The notes: generated by a model from the sequence alone, not told the origin. A DNA stretch of 64,000 nucleotides from Aureliella sp. (GCA_963691875.1 OY829846.1:1312001-1376000); one strand, 5' to 3'; positions 33,415 through 44,438 are shown, counted from the first letter of the stretch. Program-made: numbers and translations.

Positions 33415-34524
33415 CTAAGCGGCGGTTTTGCCGTCCTCAGTACTGGTCGAAGAATTATCCGCTGGCCCAGCGACGGGATTTGACTTGCGGTTTCTCGACC
33501 TAGTCCAGAGTTCACCAATCGCGCCAACTAATGAGACTCGGACGACGTCACGGTAGATCGAGTCTTGCGGCAGGCCTTCCATAAGTCGACGATGGGCGAC
33601 ACCCAAGTTGTGATAAGGCATGCTTGGGAAGAGATGGTGCGTCGCATGATATCGAGTGCCAATGGGTCCCCATAGCTCGGTGAACCAGGGGCGATGCGGA
33701 TAGTCGACCGTATCAAGCAATTGCTCTTCGAAGCTCATCGCGTCACCATCCCCGGTCCATCGGTGTGCTCCAAGCGTGCGTACGTTGTTGATCGTAATCA
33801 GAGCAACGGCGACTAGATATCCTTTAATCAGAGGAATACCGCCCTGCATCAGGCCAAAGGTCGCAAAACCGCAGCACCAGAAGAAGCACAGCACTTCCTG
33901 CATACGCATCGTCCTGCGAGCCTCTTCACCGAAATCACCACGAATGTAAAAGACATCAATGATCATGCTGCTCGCATGCTGTTCGACCCAGCGGCGAAAC
34001 GGCGGAAAGATCCAGGCTAGAGGCGTCATTACGAGAAAACGCGTGAAGCCTGCAATAGGAACTACCAAAGCTGCCAAAATGAATGCCAGCGAATACGCAG
34101 GTGGCTTGTGACTTAGATCCAAGTACTCGCCATCTTTCTCCGTCCCATAGTGCTTGCGACGATGGTGGTCGACATGGGGGTAATAGAGAAACGACGGAAT
34201 CAAGAACGGGATTCCGCAAAGGAGATTCCAGGCGACGCGGAACCCTTTGAACCCCTCTTTCGGAAGGTGCACGAGCTCGTGAATAAACATGGCCGCGCGC
34301 ATGTAGAGAATCGCGACCAAGCAGAACAACGCAACTTGCGTGAACCAAAGCGCAGGCCCCTCAACCAGCACGTGGACACGATCCATCGCTGCAAATGCCG
34401 TGTGGCCAACCAAAACGGTTGCTATAAAATCAGTCCAGTAGATCTTGGGATTTGGCTTGCTGAGGTCCTTCACTAAGGATTTTGCTTGAGTGAAGGAAAA
34501 TCGATTACTTAATGCAGATACCAT
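33415..34524 (-). CDS. Membrane fatty acid desaturase family protein
   Basis: Three His boxes HELVH, HVDHH and HATHHLFP, plus TM segments. Confidence 0.9.
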   Translation of the reverse strand: MVSALSNRFSFTQAKSLVKDLSKPNPKIYWTDFIATVLVGHTAFAAMDRVHVLVEGPALWFTQVALFCLVAILYMRAAMFIHELVHLPKEGFKGFRVAWNLLCGIPFLIPSFLYYPHVDHHRRKHYGTEKDGEYLDLSHKPPAYSLAFILAALVVPIAGFTRFLVMTPLAWIFPPFRRWVEQHASSMIIDVFYIRGDFGEEARRTMRMQEVLCFFWCCGFATFGLMQGGIPLIKGYLVAVALITINNVRTLGAHRWTGDGDAMSFEEQLLDTVDYPHRPWFTELWGPIGTRYHATHHLFPSMPYHNLGVAHRRLMEGLPQDSIYRDVVRVSLVGAIGELWTRSRNRKSNPVAGPADNSSTSTEDGKTAA

Positions 34525-34708
34525 AAGACCACCTCGGCTGAGCTAGAAGTCAACGCAAATGTGACTGCGAACCCGCCTCATTTTACCTAAAACTAAAAGC
34601 CTTCCCACTATAAAGCTGCGATGGAATCCTCTTCCTTAAGCAATCTTAACCTACTTCAAGTGAAGCGGAATCGCACCTCAAACCACATAGAATTTTCGGA
34701 GAAAAACC

Positions 34709-35071
34709 ATGATGGAAGTTAGAACAGCTTCTGAACTTGCCGCAAAAAAATGCCTTCCTTGCGAAGGGGGTGTCGATCCAATGACGGCTGAGCAATCTAA
34801 ATCGCAGTTGGAAGCCCTTCCCAAGTGGGAGTTGAGCGAATGCGGAAAGTGGATTTATCGCAAATGGAATATGAAGAACTTCCTTCAGGCGATGAGCCTG
34901 ATGAACGCAGTCGCCGAGATTGCTGAAGTAGATCAGCACCATCCCGATCTACATTTGACCGACTATCGAAAGCTCAAGATCGAAATGACGACTCACGCTA
35001 TCAATGGTCTTAGTGAAAATGACTTTATCCTGGCGGCGAAGATCGATGCGGCGGCTGAGAAAGCTAGATAG
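34709..35071 (+). CDS. Pterin-4-alpha-carbinolamine dehydratase
   Basis: KCLPCEGG, AE..QHHPDL, TTHAINGLSENDFILAAKID. Confidence 0.93.
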   Translation: MMEVRTASELAAKKCLPCEGGVDPMTAEQSKSQLEALPKWELSECGKWIYRKWNMKNFLQAMSLMNAVAEIAEVDQHHPDLHLTDYRKLKIEMTTHAINGLSENDFILAAKIDAAAEKAR

Positions 35072-35156
35072 TTCCAAACTCACGTCAGCCTCTAGTCGTT
35101 AAGGAAGGAGCAGCGGAGCACGCGAAGCCAGCTGCATCGAGAAGAAGGAGCAAGTT

Positions 35157-36590
35157 TTGAAACGCGTGGCGATTATCGGTGGTGGCATTTCGGGCTTGGC
35201 GGCGGCACTCGAGCTGACCAAGGGCAAGTACGATTGCCAACTCACCTTGTTCGAATCGCGGCCGCGCCTGGGCGGTGTTTTGGAAACCGATCGAGAAGGT
35301 GCCTATCTGATCGAACGCAGCGCCGACAACTTTGCAACGCTGCAACCGGCTGCACTCGAATTAACTCGTGAGTTCGCTAGTGTCGACGGACTCCTGCAGC
35401 CTGAGGCCGAGAATCGATTGGCACAAGTGCTTCATCGGGAACGGATCGAACCAGTGCCTGCCGGCTTCAGTTTGATGCAGCCCACGAAACTGAGTAGCAT
35501 CCTCGGCACAGGAGCTCTTTCTCCCGCCGGCAAGCTTCGTCTTCTCTACGAATACTTTGTTCCCAGACGCACCGAAGAACTGGATGAATCATTGGAGTCG
35601 TTTGCCACGCGAAGATTAGGGAAAGAGGCCTTCACAAACTTAATCGAACCCATCGTTGCGGGTATTTTCACTGCTGATCCCGCAAAACTTAGTATGCGAG
35701 CCGCGTTGCCTCAGTTCGTCGAGATGGAACGTAAGCACGGCGGCCTGATCCGTGCCAGCCTCGCTGCCAAGAAGAGCAATGCAGCTGATCTGGCGAAGAA
35801 AGCTAGCGGCGCTCGTTACGAACAGTTTCGTGCACCTCGCTTCGGAATGTCGGATTGGGTTAGTCAACTAGGTCAAAAGCTTCCCAATGAATCACTACGC
35901 TTGAATTGCGAGGTCGACTCTGTCACCAAGTCTGCTGATGGTTATCAGATCAAGTACCAATCGGTGGCCTGTAAACTAGGAAATGCATTGCAAACGAGCG
36001 AGTTATTCGACTCCATTGTTCTCGCTACCCCTGCATCAGCGACTGCCCGGTTGCTTCGGCCATTGCAGCCAGCCGCATCTGAGGAGATTGCCGGTATACA
36101 CTATGCATCGAGTGTCATCGTCGCGATGGTCGTGCCTCGAGATGAGATACTTGGCAATGTAAACGCATTTGGTTTAATCGTTCCGAGTAAGGAAGGCAGA
36201 GAAGTGCTTGCCATTAGTTACTCCAGCAACAAGTACGCGGGACGTGTTCCGAGAAACGAGCTCTTACTGCGGATGTTCTTTGGTGGTGCGATGAACCCGG
36301 AATTCTGCGAGCTGGACGACGAGGCAGTACTGCGAGCAGCCCGACAGGAACTAACGGAAGTTCTGCGATGGCGGGGCAAAGCTCCCAAGACGGAAAACGT
36401 CATCCGCTGGCCCAATGCGATGCCGCAGTACGAACTGGGCCATGTTGAAAAAGTTCAGAGAGTCAGACACTTAATGAAAACCGGCTGTCCGCAGATTGAG
36501 CTGTGCGGAGCTGCTTACACTGGAGTCGGCATTCCGCAGTGCGTCCAGTCAGGACGCCAAGCAGCAAGAAATCTCTTTGCAGAGTCTTAA
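35157..36590 (+). CDS. hemY: Protoporphyrinogen/coproporphyrinogen oxidase (HemY-type)
   Basis: GGGISGL, RLGG, RRLGKE, LSMRAALPQ, MPQYELGH, GVGIPQCV. TTG start preceded by AAGGAG. Confidence 0.9.
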   Translation: MKRVAIIGGGISGLAAALELTKGKYDCQLTLFESRPRLGGVLETDREGAYLIERSADNFATLQPAALELTREFASVDGLLQPEAENRLAQVLHRERIEPVPAGFSLMQPTKLSSILGTGALSPAGKLRLLYEYFVPRRTEELDESLESFATRRLGKEAFTNLIEPIVAGIFTADPAKLSMRAALPQFVEMERKHGGLIRASLAAKKSNAADLAKKASGARYEQFRAPRFGMSDWVSQLGQKLPNESLRLNCEVDSVTKSADGYQIKYQSVACKLGNALQTSELFDSIVLATPASATARLLRPLQPAASEEIAGIHYASSVIVAMVVPRDEILGNVNAFGLIVPSKEGREVLAISYSSNKYAGRVPRNELLLRMFFGGAMNPEFCELDDEAVLRAARQELTEVLRWRGKAPKTENVIRWPNAMPQYELGHVEKVQRVRHLMKTGCPQIELCGAAYTGVGIPQCVQSGRQAARNLFAES

Positions 36591-36609
36591 GCCCCATTCG
36601 GGTGAACTG

Positions 36610-37812
36610 CTAAATGTTGCTTCCATGCAGGTATTCGAAGATGCGTTGAGCCCTCTCTTCCAGCATTGGAGAATCGTCCAATTGGACTACGGCTTCAAGT
36701 GTCGCTTTGAGATCCTGCGACGCCAATGATTTACATATTCTCTTCTCTGACTCTTCCGATTCGAAATCTGCGACGATTGCATCCATAGCGATCGTCGCCA
36801 ATGAGGTTCCCGCTTGCAGCCACTGTCGCAAACGGGAAGGTTCGACACTACAGGTTCGGACCAACTGTCCCCACTCGGGAGAAATGTTTTGTTGTTGTTC
36901 TTGGAAATAGAATTCCAGCCAATTCAGAAAAGCGTCATTCTGGCCAAAGCAAAGCAAATGCTTAGCCATTGCCGGTAACTCAGAGGATGTTCCCTGTTCT
37001 AGAACAGCAGCAGCAACTGAGAAGCCATCCATACCGCAGCAGGTCTCAAGGCAGCGACATAACGCAGGAAAACAGATTCTCGGAAAGTCTTCTGCAAGGG
37101 CAAGTTCCATCGCCAATGTTGAGCCTGCTGCGCCCAATAGCTGCTCCGCAATCCGCAATGCATTCTCAATTGCAATCGGTCCATTCAGATCTAATGTTTC
37201 GAGAAGTTCAACAAGACGCGGAGTTGAGATTTCCGAGAAGGCATGCCAAGAGTCTTGCAGCTCACATGAGACTTGATGGATCAGCAATTGCTCAAGTTCT
37301 GCAGATTCGAGGTTTGCTGAAACTGTCGCTTGGTTGCCAGCCTCCACACTTTCGAGTGGTATCAACTCCCACTGCATTTCGGAGTTCAACTGCGCTGCTT
37401 CCCAGGCACACTCTCTGCAGAGAGACCGTATCGCTGGCAAAGGATCTCCCTCACCTTCTACTTCTACTTGCAGTTGCATCAGTGGATCACGATCCATTTC
37501 AGAGAAATGAAACTGCAACTCAGCCCCCTCGAGGTAACCATAGCAATTCTCAAAGCGACTCTGTTCAATCAGTTCCTCGCTCCACCCTTGAGCACGCAAA
37601 TGATCGGCAGATTTATCCATCATTTCCAGCATCGATGGCTCGACTACCCAGGCGACTTCGCCCAGGCAACGATCAATCGTCTCACGAACTGCCTGACAAC
37701 TCCCAAGGGGCGTCGCACGGGCATCGAGTGGATTCATTTTTGAGCGAAGAAGGAATTCCCAATTCATCGAGCTGCGTGGGGTGTTTCTATATAATTCAGA
37801 TTCGGAGAGCAA
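36610..37812 (-). CDS. Hypothetical protein (acidic, alpha-helical)
   Basis: 400-codon ORF with protein-like composition. No motif recognised and the start is uncertain. Confidence 0.6.
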   Translation of the reverse strand: MLSESELYRNTPRSSMNWEFLLRSKMNPLDARATPLGSCQAVRETIDRCLGEVAWVVEPSMLEMMDKSADHLRAQGWSEELIEQSRFENCYGYLEGAELQFHFSEMDRDPLMQLQVEVEGEGDPLPAIRSLCRECAWEAAQLNSEMQWELIPLESVEAGNQATVSANLESAELEQLLIHQVSCELQDSWHAFSEISTPRLVELLETLDLNGPIAIENALRIAEQLLGAAGSTLAMELALAEDFPRICFPALCRCLETCCGMDGFSVAAAVLEQGTSSELPAMAKHLLCFGQNDAFLNWLEFYFQEQQQNISPEWGQLVRTCSVEPSRLRQWLQAGTSLATIAMDAIVADFESEESEKRICKSLASQDLKATLEAVVQLDDSPMLEERAQRIFEYLHGSNI

Positions 37813-38513
37813 GTTTCTGAGTTAAAAACTGCAAGCGGAAAGTCTAACTCAGTTGGCTGAGATCGCTCAAGGCAGCCGCGTAGTATTCTGGTTTTCCCAC
37901 ACGCCTGAAAATTTGGAAAAGTCGTCGCAATCAGGCTCAATATTTTGCGGCAAACCGTTGAGTATTTCCCGCTTACCGAGAGTATTCGGGTTTAGGGCCT
38001 ATGGTTTCAGTGAGCCCTCTCAGGGGCGCTACCGCTCTCTCACTAACCAAGCTTTCAGCTAGCTCAAGCCGTGAACACAACTCCTAGCCCGAGAACACGT
38101 CCTAATGCGGAATTTGTGAGTATTCCAACGTGGCGTCGCGTGCTCAGCCGCAGTGGACTCTATGCTTGGTATGTGGTTCTGTTGGGCACTCTCCTGTTCA
38201 TATCCTCGACACGCGCTCTCGCGTAGGGTTACTCGAACGAATTCCGTTCCTTGAGGGGTGAGGCACCCCAATCGTACAGCGAAGCTCGCGGCGGCAGGCA
38301 CTGGCATCGTTTCGAAACGGAATATCCCTGACGGAATTTGAGTTTCACAGGAACAATGTCTGATTGAATTGGATCGTCGGGTCCATGACAAACAACTTGA
38401 GTCCGCGCGGCTCAGCATGGAGTCCGATGGCAAAACCAAGGCTGCTCAAGCTCAACTTACTTCAACCGAATATCGCATCCACATCATTCGGAAGCTCTGA
38501 CAAAAAAGAAGTG

Positions 38514-38700
38514 CTACTGAGGAAGAACTTCTTCCTCCGCTGACTTGCCGGCAGCAAGCATTGCTTCACCTTCACGCAAAGCGCGTACAATCCACTCGCG
38601 GTTAAGTCGTTTTTCTTTTTTGTCATCCCAAAGTCCTCTTTCCCTCAATCAAGCCGCTAGTGCTTCAGGCTACATGGACCATATTTGGGGGTGCACGCCA
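38514..38700 (-). mobile_element. IS3-family left-end remnant (IRL plus frameshifted start of orfA)
   Basis: The minus strand begins TGGCGTGCACCCCCAAATATGGTCCA, then GAGGA and an ATG at 38626. After a shift in the A-run it reads RKRLNREWIVRALREGEAMLAAGKSAEE, resembling the OrfA N-terminus. Confidence 0.7.
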
Positions 38701-39058
38701 TTCCAGGGAGAATCCTGGTAGGGGGCATTCAAGTTGGTCGGAAAAACTCGAGCGACTGGAATCCTGCGCAACCGAGAAACCCGCCGAGCCATCCCTGACG
38801 GCTGTGTATAGCGGACCGCTTGGCGTGAGAATGGCAAAGCAGTCCAAAGAACCGGTGCTACCCAAGCAGCGTTCTACAGCTTTCGCCGCACTCTCCCCAT
38901 CCAAAAGCAAACGCTTGCTGTGTGGCCAACGATGTTCGGCTCGAATCTCTTGCACTCGCAGACCGTTTCAGGGTTCGTCTTGGAGCTGCTTTCCGACTAT
39001 CTGCAATCTGATCTCAAGATTTTTTGGGCTTTTGTATCAATCTTCGATACTCGCCGAA

Positions 39059-39250
39059 CTAGATCGGCTTCGAGGAAATAGCCGATCGAAACGTAACCAT
39101 GCCAGCCGCAGCAAAGATACTGCCGATCCCAGCGTAAATCGCTTGCCAGCTCCAGCCTGGCACTTCAAAACTCGCCAAGAACCCATAGCAGCAGAAGGCC
39201 GTTATGAAAGCACAAGAAGCGGAACCGATTAGTTTTGCTATGGTGATCAT
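39059..39250 (-). CDS. Small two-TM membrane protein
   Basis: 63 aa with two hydrophobic helices around a YGFLASFE.PG..WQ loop. Confidence 0.55.
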   Translation of the reverse strand: MITIAKLIGSASCAFITAFCCYGFLASFEVPGWSWQAIYAGIGSIFAAAGMVTFRSAISSKPI

Positions 39251-39438
39251 CTTTCGTCTTTCGTGACACTATTCACGGTTAAAGTTTGCGAGCAAAATGG
39301 CGGCGTGTCAAATGAGTTCGACCACACCGAAGTCTGGATCGCAGTGTTTCATAGCTACCTAGATGGTAACGGCTTCGAACTTATTGCGCACCATCGGGAG
39401 TTTTTTCTCAATGCTCCAATTCTAAAAGGGATTAACGA

Positions 39439-40413
39439 ATGATTTTTCTTACCGGTGGCACAGGGCTGTTGGGCAACTGCGTCGTTCGTGAACTCTGCAA
39501 TAGAGAGATGCCAGTCCGTGTTCTCTGCCGCAAGGGGACTTCTCAGGAAGCCTTTGAGGGGCTGCCGGTCGAGATCATCTTGGGAGACTTGGCCGACGAG
39601 GAGACCATTCACCGAGCCGTGGAAGGCTGTAGCGCCGTGGTGCACAGCGCTGCCTACATCCACATTGGCTGGCAAAACTTGGAGCAATCGCGACAGGTGA
39701 ATGTGCAAGGAACGGAGACAATCATTCAAGCTTGCTTGACCAACTCAGCCAAGATGGTGCATATCTCGACTGTGGATACTCTGCCAGCAGCCAGCAGCAA
39801 GGAGAATCTGATTGACGAGTCAGGGCAAGGAGGTGTCGCCAAAACACCTTGTTCGTACGTCGTGAGCAAATCCGAAGCAGAAGCAGCTGTACGCAAGGCA
39901 TTTGCACAGAAGGACTTACGAGGCCACATTCTCCACCCTGGCTTCATGTTGGCTCCCTATGATTGGAAACCGTCCAGCGGAAGAATGATGTTGGAGGTCA
40001 ACAAAGCTCCTATCGTTGCGGCTCCACCAGGCGGCTGCAGTTTCTGTGACGCCCGAGACGTTGCAGCAGCCATCGTCAATTCGATCAGCATGGCTCGCCA
40101 AGCCCAGAACTACATCTTGGCGGGCGAAAATCTGACTTACCAAGAACTCTGGCGCGCGATGCTCAACGCAACAGGACGTAGAAAACGGGTGTCTCAAATG
40201 GGATATGCAATTCGCGTCTTCGGCAACATGATTGACGCTGCCCTCAAAGTCCTTCCGATTCGGGAAGGCGATGTTAATGGCGCAGCTATCGCCATGGGTT
40301 CGCTCAAGCACTTTTATACGTCGCAACTTGCAGAAGCGGAGCTGAATTACTGCCGTAGACCCGTCGACGAAACCCTCGCAGATGCGTGGAATTGGCTGTC
40401 GGCCAGATTTTAG
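39439..40413 (+). CDS. NAD-dependent epimerase/dehydratase (extended SDR; HpnA/dihydroflavonol reductase-like)
   Basis: TGGTGLLG, VNVQGT, YVVSK (YxxxK), DARDVA, YILAGEN. Confidence 0.9.
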   Translation: MIFLTGGTGLLGNCVVRELCNREMPVRVLCRKGTSQEAFEGLPVEIILGDLADEETIHRAVEGCSAVVHSAAYIHIGWQNLEQSRQVNVQGTETIIQACLTNSAKMVHISTVDTLPAASSKENLIDESGQGGVAKTPCSYVVSKSEAEAAVRKAFAQKDLRGHILHPGFMLAPYDWKPSSGRMMLEVNKAPIVAAPPGGCSFCDARDVAAAIVNSISMARQAQNYILAGENLTYQELWRAMLNATGRRKRVSQMGYAIRVFGNMIDAALKVLPIREGDVNGAAIAMGSLKHFYTSQLAEAELNYCRRPVDETLADAWNWLSARF

Positions 40414-40647
40414 TACCTGAACACAGAGAAGCCGAGCGATTTTCTTGAAAGCCGGTAAGAGCTGCACAAGTCACTTTCGTTTCAACTTCTGCAGAAGCGG
40501 CCTCAGCTGCCACGATTGGGGTTTAAACAGCGGCTCCAATCCCGAGAATGTTGCAGTATGACTTTCGGTTTTCCAAGAATAATGGAATTGGAGAACAGGG
40601 AACACAAACTACTGCAAAAGACAACTTTCGATTAGATACAGACTACG

Positions 40648-41931
40648 ATGAGCATTGCTGAGCCAGATATAGCGAACATAAAGTTGAGCGAACGCGCGGG
40701 ACTGGCTGCTGGAGCAGCTATCGGCAAGCTGATGCGACAGGCCTTGCAGTTTCCAGACTTAGTGTCGCTGGCTGCTGGCTTTGTCGACAATGCAACACTG
40801 CCGAGCGAAGCCGTTGGCAGGTGCATGAGTCGACTTGCTGAGAACCCCGCTCTGCTTGGGAAAGCTTTGCAATACGATGCGACGGCGGGAAGTCATTCAT
40901 TGCGGGAAAAGCTGGCTGAGTGGAGTTTCCAGAACTACCCCGACGCCAAACCTCACGCGGATCGCATCATCCTGACGGCTGGAAGCAACCAATTTCTCCA
41001 TCTGTTGTCCGAAGCAACACTGGATCCAGGCGACATCGTCTTGGTCGCCGAGCCTACCTATTTCGTCTATCTCGGAACGCTGAAGAATCTTGGCGCGAAA
41101 GTAATTGGTGTACCAGCTGACGAGGATGGAATCTGTATCCATGCTCTGAAGGAAAAAATGGACGAGCTTAGCAAGCAAGGTTTAGGCGATCGCATCAAAG
41201 CCGTTTATTCGGTGACTGAGTTCGACAATCCAGCTGGGAGCACCCTCAGCCTCCAGCGGCGTCGAGAACTTCTCGACTTGGTTGCTCGTTGGCGAAAGGA
41301 AAAGAGCCCCCTACTGCTACTTTCCGACAATGCCTACCAGTTGCTGCGATACTATGGAGAATCGCTCCCGCCGCTCAGCGCTCTGCATGAAGAAGCGGCA
41401 GATTTTGTAGTGGAGCTCGGAACCTTTTCTAAGTCCTTCTCGCCAGGAATCAGAGTCGGCTGGGGCGTGGTGCCAGAATACTTGACAGCGCACCTGCTGG
41501 ACATTAAGTCCAATATCGACTTCGGTTCACCGCATTTCAGTCAAGTCCTGGTTGAAGAAGCGTTGCAGTCTGGTGAAATGGACCAGCATTTGCCAGTCAT
41601 TCAGGATGGTTACCGAAGAAAATTGGAGGCGACCATTGATGCTCTCCAACAAGAGTTTGGTGGGAATGAAGATATTCAATGGCGACAGCCCCAGGGTGGG
41701 CTGTACGTTTGGCTGGAACTCCTAGAGAGTGTGGATACCGGAGAATCCGGCAAGTTCTGGCAAGCTTCCGTGGAACGCGGAGTACTCTATGTACCAGGAC
41801 ATCACTGTTTTTCGCGAGACTCCGTCGCTCCAAGCAATACGATTCGCTTGAGCTTCGGTGTGCAAAACGAAGATGGTATTCGCAAGGGCGTCAAGCTTCT
41901 GGCCGAGGCTTACAATGACACTGTGAAATAA
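40648..41931 (+). CDS. PLP-dependent class I/II aminotransferase (LysN/MocR-type)
   Basis: SLAAG, LQYD, FDNPAG, DNAY, GTFSKSFSPGIRVGW, IRLSF. Confidence 0.92.
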   Translation: MSIAEPDIANIKLSERAGLAAGAAIGKLMRQALQFPDLVSLAAGFVDNATLPSEAVGRCMSRLAENPALLGKALQYDATAGSHSLREKLAEWSFQNYPDAKPHADRIILTAGSNQFLHLLSEATLDPGDIVLVAEPTYFVYLGTLKNLGAKVIGVPADEDGICIHALKEKMDELSKQGLGDRIKAVYSVTEFDNPAGSTLSLQRRRELLDLVARWRKEKSPLLLLSDNAYQLLRYYGESLPPLSALHEEAADFVVELGTFSKSFSPGIRVGWGVVPEYLTAHLLDIKSNIDFGSPHFSQVLVEEALQSGEMDQHLPVIQDGYRRKLEATIDALQQEFGGNEDIQWRQPQGGLYVWLELLESVDTGESGKFWQASVERGVLYVPGHHCFSRDSVAPSNTIRLSFGVQNEDGIRKGVKLLAEAYNDTVK

Positions 41932-41956
41932 TCTTGGGCAGAAACTGCAATTGCAA

Positions 41957-42841
41957 CTAGGATTCTCGGAACGCGTGCTCTGGGAAAAATTCGCTGTTAG
42001 AGGCGCCCGCGCGATTTCGAATCCGCAGCCAGGAAAGTAGCCGACGACGTGCTTGCCGAAATGGAACGGCGATCATCCTGTGCATGCGAATCCACCAAGG
42101 GATTCGTTCATATGAGCTAAGTCCAAGCAGACCGATCTGGTCTGCACGGGAGTTCCTCACGTGCTTGTATAAGCAAAAACGATCTGTGGATTGAAAGAGT
42201 CGCAGGAGGGAAACCATTCCAGGCAGCTTCCAAATCCATTTGGGTGCCGGCTGCATACTGATTTGAAAGTCGATGAGCGCAGGATGACCATTCACATCGA
42301 CAATCACATTCTCGCGTTTGTGCAAATCGACGTAGGCAAAGCCGGCTTGGTGCAACGCCTCGAGAATCGCCTTGAGCCGCAAAAAAAAGTCATCACCGAC
42401 TCTTTCTTCGGACTGCAGCGGCCGACCTGGCACAAACTCGTGCGCGACAGCATTAGTCAGTTCGATGCCATCCTTTCGAACCATTCCTGACCACCGAGGA
42501 ATCCCCGCTACATCAAATAGCTCCTTAAAGGCAAATGCTTCTCGCTTTGCAAGTAGTCTGCCGAGCCAACGCATGGGAATAAAAAACACTGGTTGCGTTC
42601 GATTGAACTTGCAGACGGCGCGCATTTCGGGATCACGCCGCGACTGATAAAGAGCAGTTGCTGCCCAGGAGTCATGTTTGAAGATTTCTTCGAGCTCAAA
42701 GACTCTTCCCGCAATCTCAACAGACTGCGGCGGATCGCAGTCTCCGAGAGCCCTTAGTACAGCGGGACGCCGTTTGACGGTGGAGATCGATCCTTGAGCC
42801 TGCAATTTCTTGCACTGCGATCCAGCAGTTTCTAGTGACAT
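41957..42841 (-). CDS. Protein-kinase-like (RIO/Kdo-type) protein
   Basis: VCKF, LAKRE, YVDLHKRENVIV catalytic loop, and IDFQ. Confidence 0.75.
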   Translation of the reverse strand: MSLETAGSQCKKLQAQGSISTVKRRPAVLRALGDCDPPQSVEIAGRVFELEEIFKHDSWAATALYQSRRDPEMRAVCKFNRTQPVFFIPMRWLGRLLAKREAFAFKELFDVAGIPRWSGMVRKDGIELTNAVAHEFVPGRPLQSEERVGDDFFLRLKAILEALHQAGFAYVDLHKRENVIVDVNGHPALIDFQISMQPAPKWIWKLPGMVSLLRLFQSTDRFCLYKHVRNSRADQIGLLGLSSYERIPWWIRMHRMIAVPFRQARRRLLSWLRIRNRAGASNSEFFPEHAFRES

Positions 42842-43106
42842 CCGTCCACTTCCAAACGCATAACTGTGTTTTACCTTGGGCACCCACGCCGAATTGCGAA
42901 CAGCCCCGCATCCAGCAACCCAATATAGTGCCTCGAAACTTGCTTCGATCCGTCTGTAGCAAACTCGATGAGTCTGCTGCAAGGGAGTCTTCCGCCGATC
43001 GACCGGCTAGCTCTTCACAATTGGTTGGCTACTGTTTTAGCAGCCCATCAGTGGAGCACTATCTCGAGCCGACGGACAAAGCGCCTTCGCTACGCATAGC
43101 TTGCTG

Positions 43107-44438
43107 CTAGGGTTTGATAACGAAAAGGCAGAGACGAGCTGTGTCAGCTCCTTGAATCAGCACACGAGTGGGCTTGCCGAGTTTTTCCGACAAGTCACGG
43201 ACCATGCGTTTGTTCTTGTGAAGTAGCGTTCCAATTGGAACCATCTTCAACGTCAAACTCAGTTGCTGAATATCGCGGACAACTTTCCTCAGTCTTGCGC
43301 CGACAGATGCAGCCGAGAGTTTATCGATGGCCTGCAGCTCAGATTGCACGACGCCTTCGGTGATGACCAGTTCGCCGACAAGGTTAATCAATAGTCCGAG
43401 ACGTTTGCCATCGACTCGTAAGGACTCGGCAGCTTTGGATTGAGATAGTTTGGCTTGCCCTGCTGCCCCTTGCGCTTCCTCTTCCTCGCAGAGAATTTCC
43501 TTGATTTCGTTCAGTAGCCCTGCATCGCACTCGCCTGTTTGAAAAGTACCGATCAGGCAGTCGAGCAACAGTTCGGGCGAGGCCGGATATTCCAGCGGCT
43601 TTTTCGCTTCATGATTTGCCTGAACCGTGTATAGCTGGCGACTCATCAGGTCGATGGAGATCAAAATGACTTCGAAGAGTTCATCTTTCAGAAGGAGTTC
43701 GCCATCGCGCACTCGTGCCAACACGCTTTCGGCCTTGTGGGCTAAAGTGCCGAGTTGCTCCATCTCGCAGAAGCCGGCGGCACCCTTGATGGTGTGTACT
43801 GCTCGAAACAGCCCGTGCAGCGACTCTTCGTCTTTGGGCGTTTCTTCCAGCACCAGCATCAGTTGCTCGGCGTTGGAGATATTCTCGACCGATTCGTTTA
43901 GGAACTCTTTTAGCAGCTCTCCGTCCTCGCAGCTACACAAAGCAACTTTGCTGACGGTTTCGATATCGTCGGCCTTCGATTCAGGTTGATTGATCGCTCC
44001 GATAATCAGCAGTTCTTCTTTCTTTTCCGTGGCAGTCCGTCCTGTTTTCCCCTCCTGCTTATCCTGCTCATCTGATTCATCTGCGTCTTTAGTTAGAGAC
44101 ACTCCACCTTCGAGGAACGCGCGCAGTTCCGGACTCAGGTGTTTGGCGTCGACCGAATGATTCTCTAGCGCCGCGGCCAACAGAGCTTCGCAAAGCTCGG
44201 TCATCAGCAGTGTGACTTCGCCGTGGTCACGATTGGAAGCGGCACAATTCTGCGATACCAAGCTGGTCATGATCGCCATAGCGTGACGATTGACGCAAGT
44301 GAATTCGTCGCTCAGCTCACTGAGTAGGTCAGCAAGATTTTCGTTGGTAACAGCTGGGTCTTGCAAACTTTCCAGTACAGAACGCACTGTGCTTACGCAG
44401 CTATCACCAGCGCCGTTCGACGTCGCCTGTGCTCCCAA
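43107..44438 (-). pseudogene. cheA: C-terminally truncated chemotaxis histidine kinase CheA (Hpt + dimerisation domains only)
   Basis: LFRAVHTIKGAAG (Hpt), SLRVDGKRL..LINLVGELVI (P3) and LKMVPIG...RMVRDLS..LGK...IQGADT, then an abrupt loss of similarity and a stop. No HATPase or CheW domain. Confidence 0.8.

Noticed and set aside
34568..34580. CGAACCCGCCTCA as an attR copy of the tRNA-Leu 3' end
   Set aside because: Only a 9-nt exact match, which is plausible by chance, and there is no integrase.
36969..37820. 283-aa plus-strand ORF
   Set aside because: Antisense to the 400-aa ORF, with an S/R/Q/P-rich non-protein-like composition.
38059..39232. ORFs 38059..38439, 38660..39232 and 38665..38955
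   Set aside because: No recognisable motifs. They surround or overlap the IS remnant and the small membrane gene, so they are probably spurious or decayed.
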